A DNA stretch of 64,000 nt from Lama glama (Eukaryota): NCBI GenBank assembly GCA_028534125.1, contig CM052816.1, forward strand, positions 59,894,001-59,958,000. Direction: 5' to 3'. The notes below the pieces were generated by a model. That model saw only the letters and a program-made list of their open reading frames with translations. It was not told where the DNA came from and made no database searches. The position numbers and the translations under genes were made by a program. Shown in pieces: positions 1 to 13,559 of the stretch; positions within the stretch are counted from its first letter, which is position 1, and each line of letters opens with the position of its first letter.

Positions 1-2079
1 AAGTAAAATCTTCCAGAAATAAATTGTTTAGACTTGTACATGTGACCTATTTGTTGAATTCTCCCAAAAGGCTTTATGTCAGGAAGAATCATTTCTTCTC
101 TCTGTAGATTAAATTCAATATACACTGCCAGCACACAGACACACTAAGCCACCATCCAGTAGACTGACTCACTTGAATTTATAGTTATGATAAAGTTATT
201 TGGCAAAACAAACTCAAGCTGTTAACCAGTGAGAACTAATTCCAGATTCAAAATCCATTCCATGAATGGGCTGTACCACTGTGGCTGTGAACATTCGGTC
301 ATGTAAATGTCCCCCTGAAGGTTCTGGATGACAAGCCTGATGAAAAGGAAGGGGGAATATTGGGCCTCCAACATTGTTCACCAAATGTGGTAACTAAAGA
401 GAACAAGCAATTCTATCCAGGATCCAGAGTCTTTGGCAGCCCTCAGGGCAGCTTCTGTCTTTGGTGGCAAAACAAAGTTTGGTTTTATTTTTTTCATTGT
501 TTTTTGAAAGGGATGAGTATAATCATTTTTTAACATTGGCTCCTTTGTGTTACAGACAGTCTGTTAGCACACATTTTCAGATTCACTTCAAAAAGGAAAC
601 AAAATAGAAGTGTGGATGCATGTTAATTACCCAAAAACATGGCACACCAGATGGCCACCAAGGTCTGCTTCTGTATAGTAGGTAAATAATGCTTCCCAAT
701 CCCTTTGTCCCCTCTGAAAACCAACGTTTGAATTATTTTCCCTCCAACTACTGTTAACACAGGACGTAAGCAAGGGCAGCAAGAAAGCCACATTTATACG
801 TGGACCAAAGAGGGTAAAGGCAAACATTTTTGTCCCTCTTGCTACATTCTGCAAGAATTATTGGGTCCAGAGAAAGTCAAGAAAAACTCCTACAGAACCA
901 AAAAGCATGGAGTTGGGCTTTGGCTTAAGCACCAGAGAAAACAAGTTTATTTTTCCAAGCAGGCCTTGTCTGCCTCTTTGATATAGGTGTAATGATTTTT
1001 GACTTCAAGGTTCCCCTGATTAGGCTGTGTAATGAGCCCTCTTGTATTACCCATGGAAGATTTTAAAATTCATTAAGTCAATATATACAGTCATGGTCCA
1101 TTCTAAGACAAACAAAACTTGCACTTTTAAAACGTCTTTCTGCTGAGCTGGGTATACATAATAAATCCTGCATGCCATTTCATCTACTACATATCCCCTC
1201 AGTGCACTCTACAGTAGAAAGCATTACCTTCCATAATATGTCTGTAAACTTCAGGGGCAGAGCAGTAGATTTGTGACACTGACCTTTGATCCTTCCCTCT
1301 CTGGCCATCCCTTCCTTTTTCCCTCACCAAGTAGGTAATTAGCTTTGCATTCATTGCTACAAATGAGGGATGTTTTAAGTGGGAGAGTAGAAATAATGCA
1401 CACATCTTTAAATATTAAAATTTTAATTATAAAATTGTAATTATAATTTTAAATATAAAAACCAAAGACCATAGAAAAACTTAGTGGCTCAGGGTATAGA
1501 CCAAATAACTCGGAGAAGTTGGAAAGAAATCAGAGCTTTCCTACCTTGGGGAAGGAGTCTCATGTCCTAGTACACATGCAGTTAGAGAAGACATCAGACA
1601 AGGTGGGACCATGCACATAAGAACCAGGGTCTCCTAGTGGGACTAATGATGATGGATGATCAGGAGCAGGCCAGAGCATGAACACTGTGACCACTTCTTG
1701 CACATTTAAGGATAAATGGCCCCTCTTCCCAAGCTTTGGCGTTATGAATATTTACATATAACCCCAGTAAAAGGAGGGGAGAAAAGGGGGAAAAGAGATC
1801 CTCAAATTGACAGAGATTGTTTCTACACCTCCTGGCAGAATAAGTCTCCAAATGAAAATCATATTGCGTATGAGGAAAATAAAAAATTTATTTTTTTGTA
1901 TAACTGAGTTCACTGATTGAGGGCCATACCTATAACATTTATAAAGACAATCTTAAAGTTTGGGAGAAGGCAACTGGGGAGAGCCGAAAGACATTTCCTA
2001 AATGAACTTGGGACAGATGAAAATGAACAGATTAACATTTCTACTGAGGGATTCTCTTATTTAAGAATATTGGTCAGGC

Positions 2080-2290
2080 CATATATGAGTTTCCTGTATG
2101 CCAAGAGTTTTGCCTCTGTTAATTCATCTACTCCTCCTAACAGCCTTATAAGGATGGCAAGACTATTATCTCCAATTAACAGATTAGGAAAGTGATGTTC
2201 ATAGAAGGAAATGACTTGCCTGGGATTCAAAACTGGGCTAGTAGGAAGTCAAAGGTACTAAACACAGGATGTTAACCTCAGTGCTCTGCT
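2080..2290 (-). mobile_element. MIR SINE, degraded
   Basis: 'ctattatctccaattaacagattaggaaagtgatgttcatagaaggaaatgacttgcc' resembles the antisense MIR core; boundaries approximate. Confidence 0.6.
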
Positions 2291-2628
2291 ACATCCTGAA
2301 CATGCAGAACTGATACAAAGTGGGTGAGGCTATTTAAAGTATCCTCCTCTTTGTCCCTCAACCACCTTGGCTCAGAATCCAAGCAGAATTTGGAGCTAGG
2401 ACTCTTGCCTTCCAGAATACCATCTGAAACTACAAATTTACTGTGACCCATTTATTTCTTCCATTTCCCAGTCTATGATGTGATTAGGGTTAATTACTTT
2501 ACTTTTCAACAAAACTACCATTTTTAGTGTCTTAAAGTAAAATGCTATATAACTGAAAAACAGGGCATGGAATTAAACCTCTCTCTCTCTTTGGAAATTT
2601 TCAAGTTATCTGAACTGAAATGGTTTTC

Positions 2629-2683
2629 ATATATGTATGTATGTATATACATGTGTATATGTGTGTGTGTGTGTGTGTGTATA
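2629..2683. repeat. Compound (TATG)n/(GT)10 microsatellite
   Basis: Read directly; (GT)10 at 2661-2680. Confidence 0.95.
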
Positions 2684-3249
2684 GTACAAAGATGACTCCG
2701 CTATTTTTTGTAAGGTCAATCATCATTTTTTCCCAAATATAAAGGGAAAAGTGTCAATTTTTACAAAAAAAAAAATAGAACAAGGGAGAGGGATGTCTGT
2801 CTATGTAATTATAATTCAAGAAAGCAAAATAATTTTTGTTGAAAAAAATTAAAGGTTATACATCAGCCAGAACCATGAGTGAACAGAAGGAAACTTCCTG
2901 TCTTGGTAACTTTTTGCTTCCCTCTCTGATTTCAGTGATATTTTTTTCATTTTATATAAATTGACTCAGGTTTAAGTAGCACCTCCCTATAGATGGAGAA
3001 ATACAGATTCAACTTCCAGATGACCAATGTGCTGGCCCAGTTCCCAGGACAGAAGCCAAGATTTGGTTCAAAATAAAGAACCAGATAGTTTCTCAACAAA
3101 ATCTGCTGCCTGATTATCCAAAAAGTCTGCTCAAGTCTCAGTTTAATTTATCCAAGGTACTCTTTGTAGATTTCCACTCATCACAGTTTGCAACGACATG
3201 TCATATCATTTACATCTTCTTTTGAACATAAGCTCACCTTGCTCACATG

Positions 3250-4843
3250 GACAGAGTTTTCTTCCTGTCTTGCTGGCTGCCCCTTCTAAGGCTCCTTTGC
3301 TGTTTGTTCTCCTCTACTTGATTTTTAACAGTTGAACTCCTCAAAATTTAACTTCTGGCTCTCTTTCTTTCAACATTCTCTCTCCAGATGATTCTATCAA
3401 CTCCTGCATCTTTTGTTAGCATCAGAGTGCCAAGGACACAAAAGGCATACCTCTAGACCAGACTTCTCTCTGAGATCTAGGTCCTTATGTCTACAAACAG
3501 CTAACATTTATTGACTAGTCACTAAGTGCTCTGCCGAGTGCTACAATGCAAATTTTTAATTTAGTCTTATATGTATTATCATGTTATTCTTTTGTTTCTA
3601 GATATACATATAAGAAAATACACATTCTTGTAAAATTGAAATGATAAAAATATGGGTTATCTCAGCCTACCTACTGTTCCCCTTCCTGTACATCCTCATC
3701 TCACACCCATCCTCAAGTACCTACCGTTAGTTTGATGTGCATTTTCACTTAATCATCACAACTCTGTGGAGGTACTGTTCTTACTACCTCCATTTTACAG
3801 ATGGGGAAACTGATGCACAAGATGATGTGAAAACTTGTCCAAAGTCACATGGATAGTAGGTGGCAGAATAGGTATTATAAGCTCAGGTTCATCACTTCAG
3901 CACCTCCACTCTTCTTTTTCATTTTGTCACTTCACCTACATGTTTCTCAGAGACACACCAAATTCAACTGTCTAAACTTAAACTTACAACTTTCCTGCCC
4001 TGTACCCATTCACCAAGCTAAATGCTGAAAATGCTCCAATGTAAGCATTTTTCCTTCTCTTGGATCTTAATGTCAGCAAATGAATCCATCAAATACTCTT
4101 TTGTTCACTAAGAAAACTTAATACCACTTCCTCTTCCATAATTCATATCTAATCGTTCACCCAACCTTGCTGATGTGATTCCTCAATCTTTCTTGGATCT
4201 GTGAGACTCTGTCATCACTGCCACCAGTATCTCTTGACCAAATCTGCTTCCAGACTTGCCACCTTCCAAGTCAACCTACACACAATCACCAAATGGACCT
4301 TTTTAAAAATGCTTACATTGGAGCATTTTCAGCATTTTAAGGAGGGGAGCATTCATTTTGGTTTCCCATTGCTCTTAGAATAAAGTGCAAAATCATCAGT
4401 GTGGCTTACAAGTCTCTCTTGCTTCCAATCCCTGCCCACTTCCCTGGGTTTCTGTCTTAGCCTCTGTCCTCCAGTCACACTGGTCTTAGTTTCTCAAACA
4501 AGTCACTCCCCTTTCAGCCACAGAGTCTTCACACATGCTGTTCCCTCTCTCTGGAGCTCTTATGCCCTCTTTCTTAACCAGCATAACTCCGTTCAGTATG
4601 CAAGCCTTGTGTTGCCCAGGAGAGATTTTGCTGCCGCCTAATCTATTTCTACTTCCATTCTTATATGCTCTCTTATCACCCTTCACTTTGCATTTATTAC
4701 ATTTATCATCACATAATTAATACATTAATACAAAGTATGCTTCCCCTACTAGACCATAAGCTCCAGGAGAGCAAGAACAGTGTCTCTCTCACCCACCCCT
4801 GTGCCAGGAACATAGTAGTCTCATAATAAGTTCCCAAATGAAA
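3250..4843 (+). mobile_element. LINE-2 (L2) 3' region, interrupted by a MIR
   Basis: Pyrimidine-rich L2-like body ('cacacatgctgttccctctctctggag', 'ctactagaccataagctccaggagagcaag') ending 'gtgccaggaacatagtagtctcataataagttcccaaatgaa'. Confidence 0.75.
3750..3910 (-). mobile_element. MIR nested in L2
   Basis: 'ccattttacagatggggaaactgatgcacaagatgatgtgaaaacttgtccaaagtcacatgg' matches the antisense MIR core. Confidence 0.85.
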
Positions 4844-6069
4844 TTCAGTATGACCCTTAGTAAGTAACTTACTTAATTGGCTCTCAAGTTTCCATTCCTG
4901 GAAAATAGGGATGGCAGCACCAGCTTAGGAGTCACATTACCTCTTTCAGGAAAGTTGGACTCATCCCCAGCAGGCCTGGCTTCTGGTACGAGTATTCAGA
5001 GTTTAAACCATTCAAGGCATCAAGGATGTTCTCCAGTGGACACCCCTAGGGAACAGAAATGGGACCTTTTAAATCCTGAGCTTCTACCTTTCCTCTCTTC
5101 TTCAACCCAAGAGTCATCAGATGAAGTCTAAACATTACAAAGCAAGATTACTGGAAAATCTTTTGCAGATTCATTTCTCTGTATATTTAAAAACAGTACT
5201 GCTTTAACTGATTCAAGTTTGCAAGATTGGATTTTAATTTCAAGACAACTCCCCAAACAATTCACCACAGAACAGAACATTAGAATTATGGTAGGTATAA
5301 TTAAAATGCCATTGCATTCTAATATTGTCTCTTCCTCCAATGCTCCCACCCACAGCTGGTTTTCTGGACCAACAAAGAAACAGCTGTATGGGCATCCATC
5401 TGTGTGCTTCCATCTGTGGCTTCTTTTGCACTAGTACCAAGTGGACCTGGAAAAGTCAAATGTGTTCCTGTCTTGATTTTATTATTTTCCATCATTTCAT
5501 GCGTGCAAAAACAAGAGCTGGAAGATTCGGGGCTTTCCCTGAGTTAGTACGTCCAAGAAGTTCAAGGGTAATTCATAATATTTCTTTGGTCTTCTGATTA
5601 ATGCTGTTGTCAAGAACTCAGGAGCAGTCAAGGAGGAGTGAAGGACAGGAGGAGGCCAATCCTTAATCACATTACCTGGGAATGAACTGCAATGTTCAGG
5701 CTAATGGCATTGTTATGACTGTGCCTCATTCAACATAGAGAAAAATAGAATCTGAGAAAATGACAATGGTGAGGCACCTAGGACCTCAGAAGTTGTCAAA
5801 CTTCTTAATTCCCAATACTTTCTTCCTTGCCTACTGTCAAACTCCCATCAAAAATTCATGAAGCAGGTTAATTTCTTGCTTGCCATCTCAGCAGACTTCA
5901 GAGCCTGGGGAACAGGAAATATCCAGGAAGTTGTAGTGTTCTAACTCTGATCACTGGACTGTTGCTTTTATCAGCTTTCTAGATGTTTGTTCTTTGCAGC
6001 AGCTTTTTCGGCCACTGCTACCATGGGCTCCAGATTTTTTTTTAACATGCTTGTAAACAATCAACTTGT

Positions 6070-6315
6070 AATCTCTTAATCATCCTTCAAGGGTAACCTC
6101 TTCAGAAAGTCTTCCCCAAATTCACCAGGAAGAGTTAAGTGCTTATGTGGTCATTCTATTTCTCTCTTGTTGTTTGTATCAATTATACCTCTGATTACAA
6201 TGCTGTAATTTTTATTTATGTGTCTAAATCATTAATTCACTGGTTGTAGGATTTCCTGTTTTTGCTTGTGTCTCTGGACTCTAAAATATAAATGAATGAA
6301 TAAATGAATAAAATT
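6070..6315 (+). mobile_element. L2 3' end fragment
   Basis: 'tcttcagaaagtcttcccc...' ending in an (aatg/aata)n L2-type tail. Confidence 0.55.
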
Positions 6316-6529
6316 TGTTTCTTGGTTTTTATTAACTTCTCAATCTTACAGCAAAATGCACTAAAAAGTAAAAACTCGGTGAAGTACATCCACTGTCCAG
6401 AATACTCCGTAATTCACAGACAGGAAGTTCTTTCTGAAGAACTCAACCATAAACTCAAATTCCCAGTTTAGCCTCTCATTTCTTCCTTCTTTCCAATCAT
6501 ATTTTTGCCATCTTTAAACACAAAGAATG

Positions 6530-6690
6530 AGACACCAGCTCTAATTATGTAACTGTGACAGCTTACTTTATCCTGCCAAACTTTAATTACCCACACTAAG
6601 GCTCACAGGGTTGGTGTGGGCTAACGCACAGTGCACGTAACAGCCCTGATTAGAGTGTCTGACAGACAGTGAGTGGTGAATAGAACTTAA
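6530..6690 (+). mobile_element. MIR, degraded
   Basis: 'ctcacagggttggtgtggg...agagtgtctgacagacagtgagtg' resembles the MIR 3' half. Confidence 0.55.
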
Positions 6691-7270
6691 CCCTCATTTT
6701 TATGAATATTAGGAACTTAACATCACATTCTGATTTGCCCCTATTCTCCCTGTAGCCCTACTCTTACAAAGCTGTTAACCATAAAGAAATGATCAAAAGA
6801 TAGGAAATGAGAGGGAAAATGTGAAATAAAAATGTCCTAAAACCCAAAAAATCCATCTTTGAAAAATAACGATATATTTTATTTATATCAGATCCACATG
6901 CAGTCCAGCTAAAGGAATTTTCACTACCCACATGTCATGTCTTCTATGAAAACTAATGGTTTGACATATCTTTTGGCTCAAAAGACTCAGCACTAGGCCC
7001 TTTCATGCCAGAGTGCAAGGAATGTATTTACTGGGGACAGCTGCCACAAAAGCAGCTCTGCAGATGAACTTTATTTAACTAGCTGCTTTCAGACATCAGC
7101 AAACTGACATCCATATACAGAGAAAGAGTGAGACTAAAGTTAGTTTCATACCTATAGTATTCTACTTAAAATTAATAGACAACAGTCTATAATATATCAA
7201 AGGGTAACCACATTTATATCTGTTTTTCTATCAGTGACTCCTAAAGGTCTTATTTTTTTGGCCTTATAAT

Positions 7271-7399
7271 AAAAAGAATAAACTGCATATCAATTAAAAA
7301 TCAAATTTGGATATTAAAAAAACTAACCAAAACAAAAAAGAATAAACTGGGTATCAATTAAAGATTAAGTTTTGGACGTAAAAACTAAACCGAAACAAA
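7271..7399. repeat. Diverged tandem duplication, unit ~64-65 bp
   Basis: 'aaaaagaataaactgcatatcaattaaaaatcaaatttggat...' is repeated as 'aaaaagaataaactgggtatcaattaaagattaagttttggac...'. Confidence 0.85.
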
Positions 7400-7460
7400 T
7401 ATATTCCTAAGATTTTCATGTGTACCAGGATCTCTCATTTGCCACCCAGGTAGGTGCAAT

Positions 7461-8390
7461 TAATCAATCAACAATCAACAGACACATACTGAGGTCCTGG
7501 GAGATGCCACATTCTTTGCTGTTGAGGATTCTGAGTTAAATAAAAGATAGTCCTTGCTTTTAAGAAACTTATGTTCTAGTAGATAAGACAGGCTAATAAA
7601 TTAAAATTGTCATACTTGGTCCAAGTATTATAACAGTAGGGATATGGCACTAGTGGAACACAGAGGAGAGACAGAATCAGAGAAGGCTTCCTGAAAGAAG
7701 TGCCTTATGCTGAATTTTAAAGCATAATCAGGAGACATTAGTCACAGAAGGAGGAGAGACGTACCCAGGGGGAGAAACCATATGTGCAAAGTGGTAAAAA
7801 CCAACAATATAACTTATCCAATGGGCTATAAATAGATCACTATGGTGCCAATGGGGTAATCTGGAGGCCACAGACAGGAGTCAAGGCTGCAAAAGAGCTT
7901 AAGTTAAGAACTCCAAGGGCCTTGTGTGTAAGGAACTTTTTTCCATGAAAGCTATTGAGAGATTTTAAAAAATAAGTAAGACAGTAACATAACCAGATTT
8001 GCATTGCAGATCACTCCAGCTGACTTATAGAGAATGGACCATGTACAGAGATATGTCAAACTTTGTCACCCATAATAAATGCTCTGACACAGCAACCTAG
8101 TACACTTAAGTGCAGGAATAGGGCTAAAGGATAGTTTCATAAAACAAAATAGAATTGCACTGCATGTGATACACTGATATTTTCTATTGTTTCTTTGTTT
8201 AAAATTCTGGTCTCAGCCTACTGAACTGATTTCACAACCCTCTAATGGGATGTGACCTATGGTTTGAAAAAACCTTGATAAGAAGAAACAGACTAGAGTC
8301 AGGAAGATCAGATAGGAGGTTATTGTTGTAATTCAAGCAGTAAGAGATGTGGACCTCAGCTAAGGCAATATAATGAAATGGATATGGTAA
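7461..8390 (-). mobile_element. L2, interrupted by a hAT element
   Basis: Starts with the antisense L2 tail; purine-rich body ('cagagaaggcttcctgaaagaagtg', 'gactagagtcaggaagatcagataggaggttattg'). Confidence 0.75.
8046..8277 (-). mobile_element. hAT-Charlie non-autonomous DNA transposon (MER119-like)
   Basis: End 'ctgaactgatttcacaaccctctaatgggatgtgacctatggtttgaaaaaac' resembles the reverse complement of the MER119-type terminus; family name from memory. Confidence 0.55.
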
Positions 8391-8474
8391 CGTTTGCCTT
8401 ATTATTAAAGCTCTATTTATTTCAGTTGCTGTAACCTAGTTAAGTAAACTTGGCATCGTCAGTGCAATTAGGAG

Positions 8475-8660
8475 ATAGTCATCATCTGAGTGCCTGCCGT
8501 GTTTCACACAGTGCAAAGAGCTTTGCACATATATTAACTCTAATTCTGACAGCAACACGCTGGGTAGATATTATCTCCATTTTACAGATAGGAACACCAA
8601 AAGCCAAGGGAAATTAAGTAGATTTGCCAAGGTCATATTGATAGAAATTAGCAGATAGGT
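8475..8660 (-). mobile_element. MIR
   Basis: 'gatattatctccattttacagataggaacacc...tttgccaaggtcata'. Confidence 0.8.
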
Positions 8661-8749
8661 GCACAGCCAATCTATTTAGCGTTAATTCATATTAACTCCT
8701 GAGCCATAATCTACTGAATGAATGCACTGCAGTACTTCGATGATTATTT

Positions 8750-11700
8750 AGCTTATTTCCAGCTTTTTGCTATTATAAACGATGTTATCATCAACATTTT
8801 GGGGGCCTATGCGCCAGAGTTCCTTGAGAGCAGAATTCCTGGATCATAAGGTAGATTTTGTTATATTATAGATACATTTCATCTTTATTAAGGACACATC
8901 CATCAATCCCACTTTATTGAGTGTTTTGAACATGTAATTGCTAGATTTTTCCCTAGCCTTTTTCTACATCTGTGTAAATGATCATGATTTTATAGTGTAG
9001 CTCTATAAGTATGATCAATTTTTAATGTGTTTTCTAATAACCAACAGTCTTGCACTACTAGAATAAACCCTACTTGTTCATACTTTTTTTAATATAGCAG
9101 TGGCATCTATTATTAAATACACTAATATTTAAATTTGACATATGTATCAGTATTCATAAGTATGATTAATTAGTCTATTGATTCTTTTCTGGTGCAATCT
9201 TATGTTAGCTTTGGGGATGCAAAATCTACTTCATAAAAATAAACCTGAATTTTTTCTTCTTTTTTATGCTCTGGAATACTTCAAGTAGCATTATACCCAT
9301 GTCCTCATTTAATGTTTAGTTGAATTCTCCCATGAAACTATTGGAAGATGGTGCTCTCTCATGACAGTGTCTTTGACTACTTTTCCTATTCTTTTTAAGG
9401 TAATTTGTCTTTCAGACTGTCTGTCCTGGAGTCAATTTTGGTAATTTTCATTTAAAAACAAATTATCTACTTAGTTTAGGCTTTCAAAGTATTTCCATAC
9501 AGTTCCAAAATGTTTCTAAAAAGTCTTCAAATTATTTAAAACTTTCCCTCTTTTCATGGTTTTTTGTTTTTTATCCCTTCTAATCGTGTATAATATGTTT
9601 TTGCCTCCTTTTCTTGATTAGATTAACTAGTGGCTTTTTTATTTTTTAAATGCAGCCTTGGGTTTTATAGTACTTGTTTACTAACTTAATATTTTATGCT
9701 TTAATTAATTCCTTTCTTGGCTTATTTTGTGTTTTAATTTTTAACATTTTGAGTTGAGTTTTTTAATTCTTTATTTTCCATTATTTTAGTGTTATGGATG
9801 TGGGATTTAATGGGGTAAGTTTCTAGGTGTTAGAATGTTTTGTGGGGTTTTTAGGTCATTAATTTCTAGTTTTACTGCATTATTGTAAGAAAATGTTCCT
9901 GTAATATATCTAATACTTGGAATTTATGGATTTTTCTATAACCTTAATTAAGGTCAATTTTTGTGAATGTTCCTCATACACTAGAAAAATACATAGACAT
10001 AGTTATGATCAGGTAGCTATATATAAGCTATTTGATTACATAGAAAGATACATACATACACAAATACTTGATGATGTTATTTAGGTTTCTGTATCAGGGG
10101 TTAGCAAGCAAACTATAGTCTGGCCTGCTCTGCTTTTGTAAATAACGTTTTCTTGGGAAAAGAGCCACAGCTATTTATTTATGTATTATCTCTGGCTACT
10201 TTTGCACTACAACATTAGATTTGAGTATTTGCAACAGGCACAGTATGGCCCACAAAATCTAAAATACTTACTATTTGGCCCTTTCCAGAAAGTATTTGCT
10301 GGCTTAGTTCTATATCATTAAGTTTTAGTCTAATTCATCCGTTTTGCATTTTATAAGTGTATTACATTTTTCTAATATTATTAAACTTCAAATTTCCATT
10401 CAGTTTCCTGTAGTATGAAATGCTTCTGTGAGTCTATAAGTAACTTTTACATTTTCATTGTGAATTTTAGCCTTTAGCTTTGTAAAATATATTTACTTCT
10501 TTATTATCATTTTTGGTTTAAATTCTACCTTGTCAGATATCAATATTTTCTCTATTGCTTTGTTTGTATGTGCTTGATAGAGCTTTGACAATTATTTTAT
10601 TTTCAACCATTCTGAATCTTTCTTTTGGGTGTGTCATATACAACAGCGTTGGATATTACTTTGTTAATCAGAAAAAAATTTGTAAGTCTATTAATCCGTT
10701 TTTATTTTGATATAATCAAGATTTTGACTTAACTCTGCCATATTGTTTTATGTTATATAACACACTTAGTATCCTTCCCTTTTTTGGTTGCTTTCTATTT
10801 GGTCCCTACTGTGAGAAATATTACACGATAACAGCCTCTTTTCCTTGAACCTCCTCCAGCACCTGGTCTGAAATATTAATTTACTCATAATAATAATAAT
10901 CACAAAGTAATTATAAGGTTTTTAATATGTTTTCCTTATTTTCCTTATATTTTTAGTTCTGGTATATCACAATTTTCAGACTATACAGCCATTACATACC
11001 ACACTTCCTCTTATATAACTACCATTTTGGTATTATCTCTGTATATCCATATATACTTTGTATTCATCACCAGACCTTCTGTCAATTTTCTTTCATTCTT
11101 TATTGTTGCCTGAAGGTCATTTTCTAGTAGATTCCTCAGGAGAAAAAATATATTCCCTGAATTACGGCATGTTCACCGGTTTGTGTGCAACTTCTATATT
11201 AGAAAGTCATTTTGGCTGGGAAAAAAAATGGCTCACATTATCTTTTTTGAGTCATCTTTAACATGCTTCTTCATTGTCTTCTGGAATAAAGTAGTACTGG
11301 CAAGCAGTTTGATGACCTAAGATTTTCTTTTCTGGATAAATGTATTGGTCTTTTTTCTTAGTTTCCAATTTCATTTTCCTCTGCTTTAAAGTCAAGTAAT
11401 TTTACCATAGTATGAATTGATGCTCTATGCATATTTTAAATGACATAGTTCTATGCCAAATTTCAACTGGTAATAAGCTCTTTCAATGTGTTGTTTTCTC
11501 TTTTTTGAATTTCAAAAACAACTTTTGAGTTAAGTTTTTAGCATTTGTTCTTTTCCACTGTTTTGATTTTCTTATTCAGAGAATCCTAATTATATATGCA
11601 TTGGACCTTCTTTGCCTATCTTCATCTTTCACTTTTTCTTGAATTCTTTTCTCTCCCTGCATTTTTTTTTCTTTTTGCTATTTATCTTCAGATGTTACTG

Positions 11701-11785
11701 GTTTTATTCATTTATCCTCATATCTCTTTAAGTTTAGTCTTCATTTCTGAAATTTTTTTTCTTTTTCTTCGATTATTTTTGGTTT
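8750..11785 (-). mobile_element. Old L1 (L1M-type), ORF2 and ORF1 remnants
   Basis: T-rich antisense L1 motifs ('gaataaaccctacttgttca', 'tgaattctcccatgaaac', 'aattctaccttgtcagatatcaatatt' in the endonuclease region); heavily decayed. Confidence 0.75.
10095..10307 (+). mobile_element. MER58A hAT-Charlie DNA transposon nested in L1
   Basis: 'caggggttagcaa...gtatggcccacaaaatctaaaatacttactatttggccctttccagaa'; 8-bp TSD ttctgtat (10087-10094) / ttctatat (10308-10315). Confidence 0.9.
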
Positions 11786-11789
11786 AAAA

Positions 11790-11829
11790 ATTGTAAACTG
11801 ACTATACTTCAATTAAAAAAAAAAGAAAA
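11790..11829 (+). mobile_element. Ultra-short 3' terminus of the young L1 family plus poly(A)
   Basis: 'attgtaaactgactatacttcaattaaaaaaaaaag' matches the terminus of the copy at 50061-50085. Confidence 0.75.
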
Positions 11830-13559
11830 CCCTTCTGAAAGGAAAAAAATGTTCAAATAAAAATGAGAGGAAGGGGAGGGGAGTCTTCTTCCTCAGTATC
11901 AAATCTGCAGATGTGGAATCAAAGCTTGTGTCTAATAAGACAATTTTCCACAACTTTCTATTGTTTAGTTTATGCCTTTCTTGTTTCTCCCACATCTTAT
12001 GGTAAAAGACCTAGGAAAAGACCTAGGTTGTTGCTCAGTGGCAGCCAACTAAGAGGCATTTATGTAAAAACTCAGAAAAGCTGAACAAGAGGGCTTGAAA
12101 TATATCTTTTGATGTAGTTCTAGCAGATGGTGGCAACTCTACTTGAAATCTAAAGGAATGTAACTTGAAACCTTCATCTCATATATCATTGACATTTTTT
12201 GCATTAACGGTCTAGAGCTCCAGTTCATGCAAATCTGATCATTCTGATTTAAACCTTCAAAAAATCAATATAAAGAAATATAGTCTATGATATGCACTTT
12301 TGTTCAAGGAAAATCATACATAAAAAACCCTAGTAGGAGGGAGTAAATGTTAGTAGGTGATGCAGAAGAAAAAGAGAATGTGAGCATTTGGATTTTTCTA
12401 CATCATTTTGTATCTACAGATTTCTCCCAACTTCCCAAATTAAGGTTCACATACAAAATGATTGCTAATTCATTCACTAAAATGACTTCCCTTAATTTCT
12501 CTACACAATTCCTTTAACACAAAATCTATACACGAAATGAAGAAGTCTAATTATACATTCTCACAGACAATAGGATAAAGTGTAGATATATAATGGTTTC
12601 ATAGAGAATATAATCAGGTTAACTGAATAGGAGAAAAAAATCACAAAGACTCAGAAACATCAGAAATAGAAAAAGGAGAGAACATGAAAGAAAAAAATAA
12701 ATAATGAGGCTTTCAAAAATCTACAGTGTGTGGTTTTTACTCTGTCCTTTCCAAAGTGGCTTAAAATACATCCATTCTATCAGGAATAGCCAGTTATATA
12801 AATCTGTACTCTTAACATAGAAAATTAACTGAGGCCATGAGAAAGAATGAGCAGATGGAGAGACTCTTGGGAAAGCTGGTGTAAATAAAGATTCCGGAGG
12901 CAGAAAGAATCCTTTCACTTAAGGGAAAAATTCAGGCTCTTCCCGGAAATGCTTTTCTTTCCGTGTACTTAGCTATTTTAGTAAAGAGTGCAACATGAAT
13001 GTGCAAGAACGGGATGGGTCCATTAAGGATATTCAATCTCCCAGAATGATGTCCAGTTCTACTGTTAATAATTTAGTAAGGTTGATCATGTTGGAGAAAA
13101 GAAGATTCTCCTTTCAAAGGGCCATTTTATACCAACTACATTCATCTCTGAATTCAGATCTCAAACTCACTTCATAGCTAGTAGGCCAGGGATCTCAGCC
13201 ACTTTCTCACAGGCCTTACCAACCATAGCCATTGGGAGTAACACAGTGATGCTCTTTTGGACATGATCATGATGGTGATAATGCATCTCACTGCTAATAT
13301 TCATACCATCATCCTCTATGGAGTGGGAAGAAGAAAAGGAGGTGGGTGGAACTTCATCTTATATATAATTGTCTTCATGGACAGCTTTTACCCTGAAGTC
13401 TTTCCCCTACCCCTTGCCTTCTCTCTGCCCTTTTCAACTTCACCTTGTACTACCTCCTCCTCTTGGTTTTCATGAACTAAAGTAAACAATCTGGTAGGTC
13501 TCCTTCCCTACATTTCTCCCTGGTCATTGAAACTAGTGAAGGGAAGACTTCACTTATCA

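Noticed and set aside
12940..12948. Perfect STAT/GAS motif TTCCCGGAA
   Set aside because: A single 9-mer without supporting context; a similar motif lies inside an LTR near 39764; expected by chance
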